Sequence record: MN508614.1
Source: Escherichia phage ES12
DNA: 64,000 nt
Strand: one strand, 5' to 3'
Below, piece after piece: positions 48,781 through 59,195 of the stretch. A program made the translations under genes and the position numbers. Each line of letters starts with the position of its first letter. The stretch's first letter is position 1. Below the pieces are notes generated by a model, which saw only the letters and a program-made list of their open reading frames with translations, was not told the DNA's origin and did not search any database.

Positions 48781-50289
48781 ATGGATATTAAAGTACATTT
48801 TCACGACTTCAGTCATGTACGCATCGATTGTGAAGAGAGCACGTTCCACGAATTAAGAGATTTCTTTTCGTTTGAGGCCGATGGATATAGATTTAACCCT
48901 CGCTTCAGATATGGCAACTGGGATGGACGAATTCGTCTTTTAGATTATAATCGCCTTCTTCCATTCGGTTTAGTCGGGCAAATTAAAAAGTTCTGTGATA
49001 ACTTTGGCTATAAAGCCTGGATTGACCCACAAATTAACGAAAAAGAAGAATTATCAAGAAAAGATTTTGATGAATGGCTTTCTAAATTAGAAATCTATTC
49101 AGGAAATAAAAGAATTGAACCACACTGGTATCAAAAAGATGCAGTGTTCGAAGGATTAGTTAATCGTCGTAGAATTCTTAATCTTCCAACATCCGCTGGT
49201 AAATCTTTAATTCAGGCTCTGCTCGCTCGGTATTATTTGGAAAATTACGAAGGTAAAATTCTTATCATTGTTCCAACAACTGCTCTAACAACTCAGATGG
49301 CTGATGACTTCGTTGACTATCGTTTATTCAGTCATGCAATGATAAAGAAAATTGGTGGCGGAGCATCAAAAGATGATAAATATAAAAATGATGCACCAGT
49401 CGTTGTTGGTACATGGCAAACTGTAGTTAAACAACCAAAAGAATGGTTCTCACAGTTTGGAATGATGATGAATGATGAATGTCATCTTGCTACAGGAAAA
49501 AGTATTTCATCTATCATATCAGGTTTAAATAACTGCATGTTCAAATTTGGTCTATCTGGTTCATTACGTGATGGCAAAGCCAATATCATGCAGTATGTTG
49601 GAATGTTTGGTGAAATATTTAAGCCAGTAACGACTTCTAAGTTAATGGAAGATGGACAAGTAACTGAGCTAAAAATTAATAGTATTTTTCTTCGCTATCC
49701 CGATGAGTTCACTACTAAATTAAAGGGAAAAACTTATCAAGAAGAAATAAAAATTATTACGGGGCTTAGTAAAAGAAATAAATGGATCGCTAAATTAGCT
49801 ATTAAGCTTGCGCAAAAAGATGAAAACGCTTTTGTCATGTTTAAACATGTATCACATGGTAAAGCTATTTTCGATTTAATTAAAAATGAATACGATAAAG
49901 TTTATTACGTATCAGGGGAAGTTGATACCGAAACCCGCAATATAATGAAAACCTTAGCTGAAAATGGTAAAGGAATAATTATAGTAGCTAGTTATGGTGT
50001 ATTTTCTACTGGTATTTCAGTTAAAAATCTGCATCACGTTGTTTTAGCGCACGGTGTTAAATCAAAAATCATTGTATTACAAACAATCGGTCGTGTATTA
50101 CGTAAGCATGGTTCTAAGACAATAGCAACAGTCTGGGACCTCATAGATGATTGTGGTGTTAAGCCAAAATCTGCTAATACGAAAAAGAAATATGTTCATT
50201 TGAACTATCTTTTAAAACACGGCATTGATCGTATTCAGCGCTACGCAGATGAAAAATTTAATTACGTAATGAAAACAGTTAATTTATAA
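48781..50289 (+). CDS. uvsW: UvsW DNA/RNA helicase
   Basis: 502 aa; Walker A LPTSAGKS and DECH box. Confidence 0.95.
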   Translation: MDIKVHFHDFSHVRIDCEESTFHELRDFFSFEADGYRFNPRFRYGNWDGRIRLLDYNRLLPFGLVGQIKKFCDNFGYKAWIDPQINEKEELSRKDFDEWLSKLEIYSGNKRIEPHWYQKDAVFEGLVNRRRILNLPTSAGKSLIQALLARYYLENYEGKILIIVPTTALTTQMADDFVDYRLFSHAMIKKIGGGASKDDKYKNDAPVVVGTWQTVVKQPKEWFSQFGMMMNDECHLATGKSISSIISGLNNCMFKFGLSGSLRDGKANIMQYVGMFGEIFKPVTTSKLMEDGQVTELKINSIFLRYPDEFTTKLKGKTYQEEIKIITGLSKRNKWIAKLAIKLAQKDENAFVMFKHVSHGKAIFDLIKNEYDKVYYVSGEVDTETRNIMKTLAENGKGIIIVASYGVFSTGISVKNLHHVVLAHGVKSKIIVLQTIGRVLRKHGSKTIATVWDLIDDCGVKPKSANTKKKYVHLNYLLKHGIDRIQRYADEKFNYVMKTVNL

Positions 50290-50302
50290 GGGCTTCGGCC
50301 CT

Positions 50303-50545
50303 TTGGAGAAAAAGATGTTACTAGAATTTAAACAATTTCTTTATGAAGCTTCTATTGATGAATTTATGGGTAAAATTGCCTCTTGTCAAACATTAGAAGG
50401 TTTAGAAGAGCTTGAAGCTTATTATAAGAAAAGAGTTAAAGAAACTGAATTAAAAGATACTGATGACATCTCAGTCAGAGATGCTTTGGCAGGAAAAAGA
50501 GCTGAATTAGAAGATTCAGACGATGAAGTAGAAGAAAGCTTTTAA
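50303..50545 (+). CDS. uvsW.1: UvsW.1-like small acidic protein
   Basis: 80-aa ORF immediately after uvsW. Confidence 0.8.
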   Translation: MEKKMLLEFKQFLYEASIDEFMGKIASCQTLEGLEELEAYYKKRVKETELKDTDDISVRDALAGKRAELEDSDDEVEESF

Positions 50546-50600
50546 ATTAAAAAAGGCCCAACCAAAAAGGAAGGGCCAAAACTATAGACTAAAGGTCACA

Positions 50601-50768
50601 CTATAGCAAAAGTTGCGTTTCATTTAATTGTTCTTCCGAACTTTCTGAAACTGGTAGTTCTTTAATGTAATTATAGCAAGGCCCAGGATGTACAGGACCT
50701 TTGTCTGTTTCAACAACCAATGCAGAATCGATTGGAGTTTTACAGACAACACAAATCTTATCTGACAT
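50601..50768 (-). CDS. Small Cys-rich protein (CxxC ... C), not in the supplied ORF track
   Basis: Hand translation MSDKICVVCKTPIDSALVVETDKGPVHPGPCYNYIKELPVSESSEEQLNETQLLL; GGAG RBS 6 nt upstream of ATG. Confidence 0.5.
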   Translation of the reverse strand: MSDKICVVCKTPIDSALVVETDKGPVHPGPCYNYIKELPVSESSEEQLNETQLLL

Positions 50769-50796
50769 GATTGTCTCCTCTGAATTATATATCTAT

Positions 50797-51021
50797 TTAT
50801 ACAACTCTCATATGCATATCAATGCCCATATCTTTAGAATAAAAATATTCATCAAGATATCCGGCAAATTTTCCTTTAATATAAAGAACATCTTCACCGC
50901 ACGGGTGGTCGGCCAGGATACGAATATCCTGACGCTTAAGATTATGCTTTTTCATTAAGAATTGAATTTCCGTTTCAAATTCTTCTTCATAATTAAAAGC
51001 ATCATCAATGTTATATCTCAT
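50797..51021 (-). CDS. Hypothetical protein (uvsY.-1 position)
   Basis: 74-aa ORF directly downstream of uvsY. Confidence 0.65.
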   Translation of the reverse strand: MRYNIDDAFNYEEEFETEIQFLMKKHNLKRQDIRILADHPCGEDVLYIKGKFAGYLDEYFYSKDMGIDMHMRVV

Positions 51022-51434
51022 TATTTTCCAGCCTCAAATGCCCGCATGTCTTGAATATGCTTAATAGCAAATCCGCGTGATTTGATAGCATCAAGAGCTC
51101 CGCTACAGAAATCTAATAAAATTCCCCAATATTGTAATGAAGTATCAACCTTTAAAACATCCTTATCAGCTGATAGAACTGTTTTCATTTCTGATTTCTC
51201 GTAACGATCCATACTAAATTCATCACCATCTCCTCGTCCCGAGTAGTAGTCTAATTTAGCTTTAAGAGCAACTTTTTTCTGTGCTTCAATTCTAAGCATT
51301 TCCTTTTTAATACTTGAATGCTTATTAAGCCATTTACTATATAACATCACATTATTAGCTGCTTCATACTGTAATTTAGTCGAATCTATAAACACATCTT
51401 TCTTCAATTCTTCTTGAAGATCTTCTAATCTCAT
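51021..51434 (-). CDS. uvsY: UvsY recombination mediator protein
   Basis: 137 aa, T4 synteny and size. Confidence 0.93.
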   Translation of the reverse strand: MRLEDLQEELKKDVFIDSTKLQYEAANNVMLYSKWLNKHSSIKKEMLRIEAQKKVALKAKLDYYSGRGDGDEFSMDRYEKSEMKTVLSADKDVLKVDTSLQYWGILLDFCSGALDAIKSRGFAIKHIQDMRAFEAGK

Positions 51435-51474
51435 ATTGTTCTCTATTCAATTGTTATTGGATGGACTTAGATTC

Positions 51475-51503
51475 ATTATACCACGTTTATACGTGAAGCA
51501 TTA
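51475..51503 (-). promoter_or_regulatory. Candidate T4 middle promoter (MotA box plus -10) upstream of uvsY
   Basis: Minus strand TAATGCTTCA then 13 nt then TATAAT. Confidence 0.5.
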
Positions 51504-51899
51504 TACTCTATTACTGGAAGCCAGTTGTAGTTTTATCTGCTCAATATCATCAGGGTTATCGATGACTGAAAAGCGTATTTCTACTATCAGAGTATAATCA
51601 TCATAAACTGGTATCACATTAACTGCTAATTTATCAATACGTGGCTCATAGTTTCTTACTGCGCTTTCGATATTGCGCTCAACTGTGTCAGCAGTAAGAG
51701 GAGTCATATTTTCAAAAAGCTGGTCTGATAAATCACATCCAAATTCAGGGTCAAACGGTCTTGAACCTTTTCTTGTTGTAATAATTCCCAAAAGACTGTT
51801 TTTAATTGACCTTAATCCAAGCGATCTGGAAACATCTTTGTTCCAATCCATTTTCATTTCTGGGTCAATGTCAGAATAAAGCTTATTAATATTTGCCAT
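51501..51899 (-). CDS. 25: gp25 baseplate wedge protein
   Basis: 132 aa, T4 synteny and size. Confidence 0.95.
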   Translation of the reverse strand: MANINKLYSDIDPEMKMDWNKDVSRSLGLRSIKNSLLGIITTRKGSRPFDPEFGCDLSDQLFENMTPLTADTVERNIESAVRNYEPRIDKLAVNVIPVYDDYTLIVEIRFSVIDNPDDIEQIKLQLASSNRV

Positions 51900-52525
51900 T
51901 ATAGTAACTCAAAGAACTCTTTGAGGCCTCTTATTACATGAGCATGGGTTTTTCCACACTCTGGACACTTAATTGGAACAGCCAAATAAACGGTAGGTTT
52001 TAAAAGCATATCTTTTATAGCTACAATATCTGACTCTGTGATGATAGAATATAAATCTTCTAGTTCCTTTTCATTTAAGTCTTCAACTGGAATGCTTTCC
52101 CCGTTAGCATGAATCGTTTCTATGCATGATACTATCATGTGGGCTATATTTTTATCATCAAAAATTTTAGGGTATTGGAATTTAATTTTAATGTCACCCA
52201 GTGTATACCAGAGGTCTTCTGGTGCATCTATTTGTGTATGTAATAGATTTATATGGGTTGGTATTTCAGTTCCACAGGTGCACTTCCAAGAGTTTTCGTG
52301 ATTAACTTCACCAAGAGAATGCGCCCATAAATGAATCAACAATAGTTCTGATTCTTGGCGATTTAAATCTTTTGCATTTGTGCAGTCTTTGATTAGCTTT
52401 TTAACAATTACTTCTACAGAACCATTATTTTTGGCAGTAATAAGTTCTAGATATTCTTTAAGAGTAAATGCGCGACAGTTGATTATTTTAGAACCAACTC
52501 TCACATCAAATTTGTATTCATACAT
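51899..52525 (-). CDS. 26: gp26 baseplate hub protein
   Basis: 208 aa, T4 synteny and size. Confidence 0.93.
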   Translation of the reverse strand: MYEYKFDVRVGSKIINCRAFTLKEYLELITAKNNGSVEVIVKKLIKDCTNAKDLNRQESELLLIHLWAHSLGEVNHENSWKCTCGTEIPTHINLLHTQIDAPEDLWYTLGDIKIKFQYPKIFDDKNIAHMIVSCIETIHANGESIPVEDLNEKELEDLYSIITESDIVAIKDMLLKPTVYLAVPIKCPECGKTHAHVIRGLKEFFELL

Positions 52526-52546
52526 ATTTAGCTCCTTTATTTATCA

Positions 52547-52558
52547 TATTTATAAATA
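52547..52558. promoter_or_regulatory. Palindromic pair of overlapping late promoters between divergent genes 26 and 51
   Basis: TATTTATAAATA contains TATAAATA on both strands. Confidence 0.5.
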
Positions 52559-52575
52559 GAATAAAAGGAGCATCT

Positions 52576-53325
52576 ATGGCAAACATTATTCGTTGTAAAT
52601 TACCAGATGGTGTTCATCGTTTTAAACCATTTACGGTAGAAGATTATCGAGATTTTTTGTTAGTTCGAAACGATATAGAGCATCGGTCACCACAAGAACA
52701 AAAAGAAATAATTACTGATTTAATTGATGATTATTTTGGAGACTATCCGAAGACTTGGCAACCATTTATATTTTTGCAGGTATTTGTAGGGTCAATAGGT
52801 AAAACTAAAGTACCGGTCACATTTGTATGTCCAAAATGTAAAAAAGAAAAGACAGTTCCATTTGAAATATACCAAAAAGAATTAAAGGAACCTGTTTTTG
52901 ATGTAGCTAATGTTAAAATTAAATTAAAGTTTCCTTCTGAGTTTTATGAAAATAAAGCAAAGATGATTACTGAAAATATTCATTCTGTCCAAGTAGATGA
53001 AATATGGTATGATTGGAAGGAAATTAGCGAGTCCAGTCAAATAGAACTTGTTGACGCCATCGAGATAGAAACATTAGAAAAAATTCTCGATGCAATGAAT
53101 CCTATTAATTTAACTCTACATATGTCATGCTGTAATAAGTATGTAAAAAAATACACTGATATAGTAGATGTGTTTAAGCTATTAGTTAATCCAGATGAGA
53201 TATTTACTTTTTATCAAATTAATCACACGCTTGTAAAAAGTAATTATAGCTTAAATTCAATAATGAAAATGATTCCTGCTGAGCGCGGATTCGTATTAAA
53301 ACTGATTGAGAAGGATAAACAATAA
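52576..53325 (+). CDS. 51: gp51 baseplate hub assembly protein
   Basis: 249 aa, T4 synteny and size. Confidence 0.93.
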   Translation: MANIIRCKLPDGVHRFKPFTVEDYRDFLLVRNDIEHRSPQEQKEIITDLIDDYFGDYPKTWQPFIFLQVFVGSIGKTKVPVTFVCPKCKKEKTVPFEIYQKELKEPVFDVANVKIKLKFPSEFYENKAKMITENIHSVQVDEIWYDWKEISESSQIELVDAIEIETLEKILDAMNPINLTLHMSCCNKYVKKYTDIVDVFKLLVNPDEIFTFYQINHTLVKSNYSLNSIMKMIPAERGFVLKLIEKDKQ

Positions 53326-54497
53326 TGAGTATGTTGCAACGCCCCGGATATCCAAATCTCAGCGTTAAATTATTTGAGAGTTATGACGCTTGGAGTAATA
53401 ATAGATTTGTTGAATTAGCTGCTACTATTACCACATTAACTATGCGGGATTCTCTTTATGGTCGAAATGAAGGAATGCTACAATTTTATGATTCTAAAAA
53501 TATCCATACAAAAATGGATGGAAATGAAATAATTCAGATTTCTGTAGCTAATGCAAACGATATTAATAATGTTAAAACAAGAATTTATGGATGTAAGCAT
53601 TTTTCTGTATCTGTAGATTCAAAAGGTGATAACATCATTGCTATTGAATTGGGAACTATTCATTCTATAGAAAATCTTAAATTTGGTAGACCATTTTTCC
53701 CTGATGCCGGTGAATCTATAAAGGAAATGCTTGGCGTAATTTATCAAGATCGTACATTATTAACTCCAGCGATAAATGCTATTAATGCTTATGTTCCTGA
53801 TATTCCATGGACTAGCACATTTGAAAACTATTTGTCATATGTAAGAGAAGTTGCTCTAGCGGTAGGAAGCGATAAGTTCGTATTTGTATGGCAAGACATC
53901 ATGGGAGTTAACATGATGGACTATGATATGATGATAAATCAAGAACCATATCCAATGATTGTAGGTGAGCCAACTTTAATAGGTCAATTCGTCCAAGAAT
54001 TGAAATATCCATTAGCATATGATTTTGTTTGGTTGACTAAATCAAACCCGCATAAACGTGATCCAATGAAAAATGCTACTATCTATGCTCATTCATTTTT
54101 AGATTCTTCATTACCAATGATTACTACAGGAAAGGGTGAAAACTCTATTGTAGTGTCAAGGTCAGGTGCTTATTCTGAAATGACTTATAGAAATGGATAT
54201 GAAGAAGCTATTCGTCTTCAGACTATGGCGCAATATGACGGCTATGCTAAATGTTCTACTGTCGGTAATTTTAACTTGACTCCTGGCGTTAAAATTATTT
54301 TTAATGATAGTAAAAACCAATTTAAAACAGAATTTTACGTTGATGAAGTTATTCACGAATTATCAAATAATAATTCCGTAACTCATCTATATATGTTCAC
54401 TAATGCAACGAAACTGGAAACAATCGACCCAGTTAAGGTTAAAAATGAATTTAAAACTGATACTACCACTGAAGAAAGTAGTTCTTCCGATAAGTAA
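53325..54497 (+). CDS. 27: gp27 baseplate hub protein
   Basis: 390 aa, T4 synteny and size. Confidence 0.95.
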   Translation: MSMLQRPGYPNLSVKLFESYDAWSNNRFVELAATITTLTMRDSLYGRNEGMLQFYDSKNIHTKMDGNEIIQISVANANDINNVKTRIYGCKHFSVSVDSKGDNIIAIELGTIHSIENLKFGRPFFPDAGESIKEMLGVIYQDRTLLTPAINAINAYVPDIPWTSTFENYLSYVREVALAVGSDKFVFVWQDIMGVNMMDYDMMINQEPYPMIVGEPTLIGQFVQELKYPLAYDFVWLTKSNPHKRDPMKNATIYAHSFLDSSLPMITTGKGENSIVVSRSGAYSEMTYRNGYEEAIRLQTMAQYDGYAKCSTVGNFNLTPGVKIIFNDSKNQFKTEFYVDEVIHELSNNNSVTHLYMFTNATKLETIDPVKVKNEFKTDTTTEESSSSDK

Positions 54498-54978
54498 TAA
54501 AGAAGTTTCTATTCCTAAGATGGGTCTTAAACATTATAACATTTTAAAAGATGTTAAAGGTCCTGATGAAAATTTAAAGCTTCTTATTGATTCTATTTGT
54601 CCAAATTTATCACCGGCAGAAGTTGATTTCGTTTCCATTCATTTATTGGAATTTAATGGAAAGATTAAATCTCGTAAAGAAATAGATGGTTATACTTATG
54701 ACATTAATGATGTTTATGTGTGCCAAAGATTAGAATTTCAATACCAAGGAAATACATTTTATTTTAGACCTCCTGGAAAATTTGAACAATTTTTAACGGT
54801 GAGCGATATGTTATCCAAATGCTTGCTTAAGGTCAATGATGAAGTTAAAGAAATTAATTTTCTTGAGATGCCAGCATTCGTTTTAAAATGGGCAAATGAT
54901 ATTTTTACAACTTTAGCAATTCCTGGCCCTAATGGTCCAATAACCGGAATTGGCAATATTATTGGATTATTTGAATGA
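54445..54978 (+). CDS. 28: gp28 baseplate hub distal protein
   Basis: Start set at internal Met ([11 protein letters not shown]) giving 177 aa, the T4 gp28 length as recalled; overlaps 3' end of gene 27. Confidence 0.85.
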   Translation: MNLKLILPLKKVVLPISNKEVSIPKMGLKHYNILKDVKGPDENLKLLIDSICPNLSPAEVDFVSIHLLEFNGKIKSRKEIDGYTYDINDVYVCQRLEFQYQGNTFYFRPPGKFEQFLTVSDMLSKCLLKVNDEVKEINFLEMPAFVLKWANDIFTTLAIPGPNGPITGIGNIIGLFE

Positions 54979-56747
54979 AAAAGCCACAAGAAATGCAAAC
55001 GATGCGTAGAAAAGTTATTTCAGATAATAAACCAACACAGGAAGCGGCTAAATCCGCTTCTAACACTTTATCTGGACTTAACGATATATCTACGAAATTG
55101 GATGATGCTCAAGCTGCTTCTGAATTAATTGCTCAAACTGTTGAAGAAAAATCGAATGAAATAATTGGAGCAATTGACAATGTAGAAAGCGCAGTGAGTG
55201 ATACTACTGCTGGTTCTGAGTTAATTGCTGAAACTGTCGAAATTGGCAATAATATTAATAAAGAAATCGGTGAATCGCTCGGAAGTAAATTAGATAAATT
55301 AACGAGTTTACTCGAGCAAAAAATCCAGACAGCCGGAATTCAACAAACAGGAACTAGTTTAGCTACGGTTGAAAGCGCTATTCCTGTTAAAGTTGTTGAG
55401 GACGATACAGCTGAATCCGTGGGTCCTTTATTACCAGCTCCTGAAGCAGTTAATAATGATCCTGATGCTGATTTTTTCCCTACCCCTCAGCCAGTTGAAC
55501 CTAAACAAGAATCGCCAGAAGAAAAACAGAAAAAAGAAGCATTTAACTTAAAATTATCTCAAGCTTTAGATAAATTAACAAAGACTGTTGATTTTGGATT
55601 TAAGAAATCTATTTCAATTAGTGATAAAATATCAAGCATGTTATTTAAGTATACCGTTAGTGCTGCTATTGAAGCTGCTAAAATGACTGCAATGATATTG
55701 GCTGTTGTTGTTGGAATAGATCTGTTGATGGTTCACTTCAAATATTGGTCAGATAAATTTTCGCAGGCATGGGATTTGTTTAGTACAAACTTTACCAAAT
55801 TCTCTAGCGAAACCGGAACGTGGGGTCCTTTATTACAGAGCATCTTTGGTTCTATTGATAAAATTAAGAAGCTGTGGGAAGCTGGAGACTGGGGCGGATT
55901 GACAGTAGCTATTGTCGAAGGACTTGGAAAGGTTCTTTTTAATTTAGGAGAGCTTATTCAACTTGGAATGGCTAAATTATCTGCGGCAATTCTTCGAGTT
56001 ATTCCTGGTATGAAGGATACTGCTGATGAAGTAGAAGGAAGAGCACTAGAAAATTTCCAAAATACTACAAATGCTTCTCTTAGCAAAGAAGACCAAGAAA
56101 AAGTTGCAAATTATCAATATAAAAGAATGAATGACGATCTTGGTCCAATAGCAAAAGGGCTAGACAAAATTGCGAACTGGAAAACTCGTGCATCTAACTG
56201 GATTCGTGGTGTTGATAATAAAGAAGCACTAACGACTGATGAAGAGAGAGCAGAGGAAGAAGAAAAATTAAAGCAACTTTCTCCGGAGGAAGCTAAAATT
56301 GCTTTAATGAAAGCTAATGAAGCTCGTGCTGCTATGAATCGTTTTGATGAATACGCTAATTCAGCTGATATGAGTAAAGACTCAACGGTTAAATCAGTTG
56401 AAGCTGCCTATGAAGACCTTAAAAAACGAATGGATGACCCGGATTTAAATAATTCACCGGCAGTTAAAAAAGAACTTGCTGCTAGATTTTCTAAAATTGA
56501 TGCTACTTATCAAGAGCTCAAGAAAAATCAGCCTAATGCCAAACCTCAAACTTCTGCTAAATCGCCAGAAGCAAAACAAGTCCAGGTAATAGAAAAGAAC
56601 AAAGCACAGCAAGCTCCTATTCAACAAGCATCTCCTTCAATCAATAATACTAATAATGTTATTAAGAAAAATACTGTCGTTCATAATATGACACCCGTAA
56701 CGAGCACGACTGCTCCTGGTGTATTTGATGCGACTGGAGTTAATTAA
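54975..56747 (+). CDS. 29: gp29 tail tape measure / baseplate hub protein
   Basis: 590 aa, T4 synteny and size. Confidence 0.95.
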   Translation: MKKPQEMQTMRRKVISDNKPTQEAAKSASNTLSGLNDISTKLDDAQAASELIAQTVEEKSNEIIGAIDNVESAVSDTTAGSELIAETVEIGNNINKEIGESLGSKLDKLTSLLEQKIQTAGIQQTGTSLATVESAIPVKVVEDDTAESVGPLLPAPEAVNNDPDADFFPTPQPVEPKQESPEEKQKKEAFNLKLSQALDKLTKTVDFGFKKSISISDKISSMLFKYTVSAAIEAAKMTAMILAVVVGIDLLMVHFKYWSDKFSQAWDLFSTNFTKFSSETGTWGPLLQSIFGSIDKIKKLWEAGDWGGLTVAIVEGLGKVLFNLGELIQLGMAKLSAAILRVIPGMKDTADEVEGRALENFQNTTNASLSKEDQEKVANYQYKRMNDDLGPIAKGLDKIANWKTRASNWIRGVDNKEALTTDEERAEEEEKLKQLSPEEAKIALMKANEARAAMNRFDEYANSADMSKDSTVKSVEAAYEDLKKRMDDPDLNNSPAVKKELAARFSKIDATYQELKKNQPNAKPQTSAKSPEAKQVQVIEKNKAQQAPIQQASPSINNTNNVIKKNTVVHNMTPVTSTTAPGVFDATGVN

Positions 56748-56755
56748 GGAATAAT

Positions 56756-57850
56756 ATGGCAATTGTTAAAGAAATAACTGCTGATTTAATTAAAAAGTCC
56801 GGTGAGAAAATTTCAGCCGGACAGAGTACTAAATCAGAAGTAGCAACTAAAACATACACTGCCCAGTTTCCAACTGGGCGTGCTAGTGGTAATGACACTA
56901 CAGGGGACTTCCAGGTAACAGATCTATATAAGAATGGATTATTATTTACTGCATACAATATGTCATCTAGGGATTCTGGAAGTCTTAGAACGATGAGATC
57001 TAACTACTCTTCTTCATCTTCGAGTATTTTACGTACAGCCAGAAACACTATCAGTAATACAGTATCAAAACTATCAAATGGACTAATATCAGATAATAAT
57101 TCAGGAACAATAAGTAAAGTTCCTGTTGCAAATATTCTTTTACCTAGATCTAAATCTGACGTCGATACGTCATCACATAGATTTAATGATGTTCAAGATA
57201 GTCTTATTACAAAAGGTGGAGGTACTGCTACTGGTGTGCTAAGCAATATGGCTTCAACCGCAGTATTTGGAGCGCTGGAAAGTATAACACAAGGTATAAT
57301 GGCTGATAATAATGAACAGATTTATACGACAGCCAGAAGCATGTACGGCGGTGCTGAAAATAGAACTAAAGTGTTCACTTGGGATTTGACTCCGCGCTCA
57401 ACAGAAGATTTAATGGCTATTATTAATATCTATCAGTATTTTAACTATTTTTCTTACGGTGAAACTGGTAAATCTCAATATGCTGCTGAAATAAAAGGAT
57501 ATTTAGATGAGTGGTACCGTTCTACTTTTATTGAGCCGTTAACTCCAGAAGATGCAGTTAAAAATAAGACGTTATTTGAGAAAATGACATCGAGTTTAAC
57601 TAACGTTCTTGTAGTTTCAAACCCGACAATTTGGATGGTGAAAAACTTTGGTGCAACATCTAAGTTTGATGGAAAAACGGAAATATTCGGTCCATGTCAA
57701 ATCCAGAGTATCAGATTTGACAAAACACCTAATGGTAACTTTAACGGATTAGCTATTGCTCCAAACCTCCCTAGTACATTTACTCTCGAGATTACTATGA
57801 GAGAAATTATCACGTTAAACCGTGCTTCTTTATATGCGGGGACTTTTTAA
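56756..57850 (+). CDS. 48: gp48 baseplate tail tube cap protein
   Basis: 364 aa, T4 synteny and size. Confidence 0.95.
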   Translation: MAIVKEITADLIKKSGEKISAGQSTKSEVATKTYTAQFPTGRASGNDTTGDFQVTDLYKNGLLFTAYNMSSRDSGSLRTMRSNYSSSSSSILRTARNTISNTVSKLSNGLISDNNSGTISKVPVANILLPRSKSDVDTSSHRFNDVQDSLITKGGGTATGVLSNMASTAVFGALESITQGIMADNNEQIYTTARSMYGGAENRTKVFTWDLTPRSTEDLMAIINIYQYFNYFSYGETGKSQYAAEIKGYLDEWYRSTFIEPLTPEDAVKNKTLFEKMTSSLTNVLVVSNPTIWMVKNFGATSKFDGKTEIFGPCQIQSIRFDKTPNGNFNGLAIAPNLPSTFTLEITMREIITLNRASLYAGTF

Positions 57851-58815
57851 TGTATTCTTTAGAGGAATTTAATAATCAAGCAATAAACGCAGATTTCCAA
57901 CGTAATAATATGTTTAGCTGCGTTTTTGCTACAACTCCATCAACTAAAAGCTCTTCGTTGATAAGTTCAATTAGCAACTTTTCTTATAATAACTTGGGCC
58001 TAAATTCAGATTGGTTAGGATTAACTCAAGGCGATATTAATCAGGGAATTACTACGCTAATTACAGCTGGCACACAAAAACTGATAAGAAAATCAGGAGT
58101 TAGTAAATATCTTATTGGTGCCATGAGTCAACGTACAGTTCAAAGTTTATTAGGCTCATTTACAGTTGGTACATATTTAATTGACTTCTTTAACGTGGCA
58201 TATAACTCATCTGGATTGATGATATACTCTGTAAAAATGCCAGAGAATAGATTATCCTATGAAACTGACTGGAACTATAATTCTCCTAATATTCGTATAA
58301 CTGGGAGAGAATTAGACCCTTTGGTTATTTCATTCAGAATGGATTCAGAAGCTTGTAACTATCGTGCAATGCAAGACTGGGTTAACGCTGTTCAAGACCC
58401 AGTAACTGGATTGCGTGCTTTGCCGCAAGATGTCGAGGCTGATATTCAGGTTAATCTTCATTCTCGCAATGGATTACCACATACTGCGGTGATGTTCACT
58501 GGATGCATTCCAGTGTCCGTAAGCGCTCCTGAGTTATCATATGATGGAGATAACCAAATAACTACATTTGATGTTACTTTTGCGTATAGAGTCATGCAGG
58601 CTGGAGCAGTTGATAGACAAGCTGCGCTTGAATGGCTTGAATCTGCTGCTATAAATGGTATTCAAAGCGTTCTCGGAAATAGTGGAGGTGTTACTGGACT
58701 ATCTAATTCGCTTTCACGACTCAGTAGATTAGGGGGAACTGCAGGAAGCATTTCAAACATTAATACTATGACAGGAATTGTCAATTCGCAAAGTAAAATA
58801 TTAGGAGCAATATAA
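57850..58815 (+). CDS. 54: gp54 baseplate tail tube initiator
   Basis: 321 aa, T4 synteny and size. Confidence 0.95.
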   Translation: MYSLEEFNNQAINADFQRNNMFSCVFATTPSTKSSSLISSISNFSYNNLGLNSDWLGLTQGDINQGITTLITAGTQKLIRKSGVSKYLIGAMSQRTVQSLLGSFTVGTYLIDFFNVAYNSSGLMIYSVKMPENRLSYETDWNYNSPNIRITGRELDPLVISFRMDSEACNYRAMQDWVNAVQDPVTGLRALPQDVEADIQVNLHSRNGLPHTAVMFTGCIPVSVSAPELSYDGDNQITTFDVTFAYRVMQAGAVDRQAALEWLESAAINGIQSVLGNSGGVTGLSNSLSRLSRLGGTAGSISNINTMTGIVNSQSKILGAI

Positions 58816-58819
58816 CAAT

Positions 58820-58845
58820 GGGGACCTTTCGGTCCCCATATTTTT
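58820..58845 (+). terminator. Rho-independent terminator after gene 54
   Basis: ggggacc-tttc-ggtcccc hairpin followed by atattttta. Confidence 0.65.
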
Positions 58846-59134
58846 ATTTACGGAATGAAATGAAAGCAGCAACTGAAGCAACTAAACTGTCTTCAATATA
58901 AACTTCAATTTTTACCGGAGCTTCTGACTCAAATTTACCTGTTACTACACCCTGAAAAATACTTTCAGTCTGTTCTGGCTTTGAAAAATTTTCAGAAGGA
59001 AAAATTCCGAACTTTTTATCTGTTCCAAAAATTTTGATAAATTCATCGTAAACTGCTTCATTAAAAGCATTATCAGCAGGAATAACGCCTTCAACTACAA
59101 GTTCTTGACCTAAAAAGCGCAAAGAAGATTTCAT
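58844..59134 (-). CDS. Hypothetical protein downstream of the Alt paralogs, with own early promoter
   Basis: 96-aa ORF, ATG at 59134 with GAGGAA RBS. Confidence 0.6.
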   Translation of the reverse strand: MKSSLRFLGQELVVEGVIPADNAFNEAVYDEFIKIFGTDKKFGIFPSENFSKPEQTESIFQGVVTGKFESEAPVKIEVYIEDSLVASVAAFISFRK

Positions 59135-59165
59135 TTTGTGTTCCTCATGTTATGTCAGTAAGACT

Positions 59166-59195
59166 ACTATAACACAACACGAGGGACTTGTAAAC
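59166..59195 (-). promoter_or_regulatory. T4-type early promoter (GTTTAC, 18-nt spacer, TATAGT)
   Basis: -35 overlaps the stop codon of the upstream Alt paralog. Confidence 0.5.
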
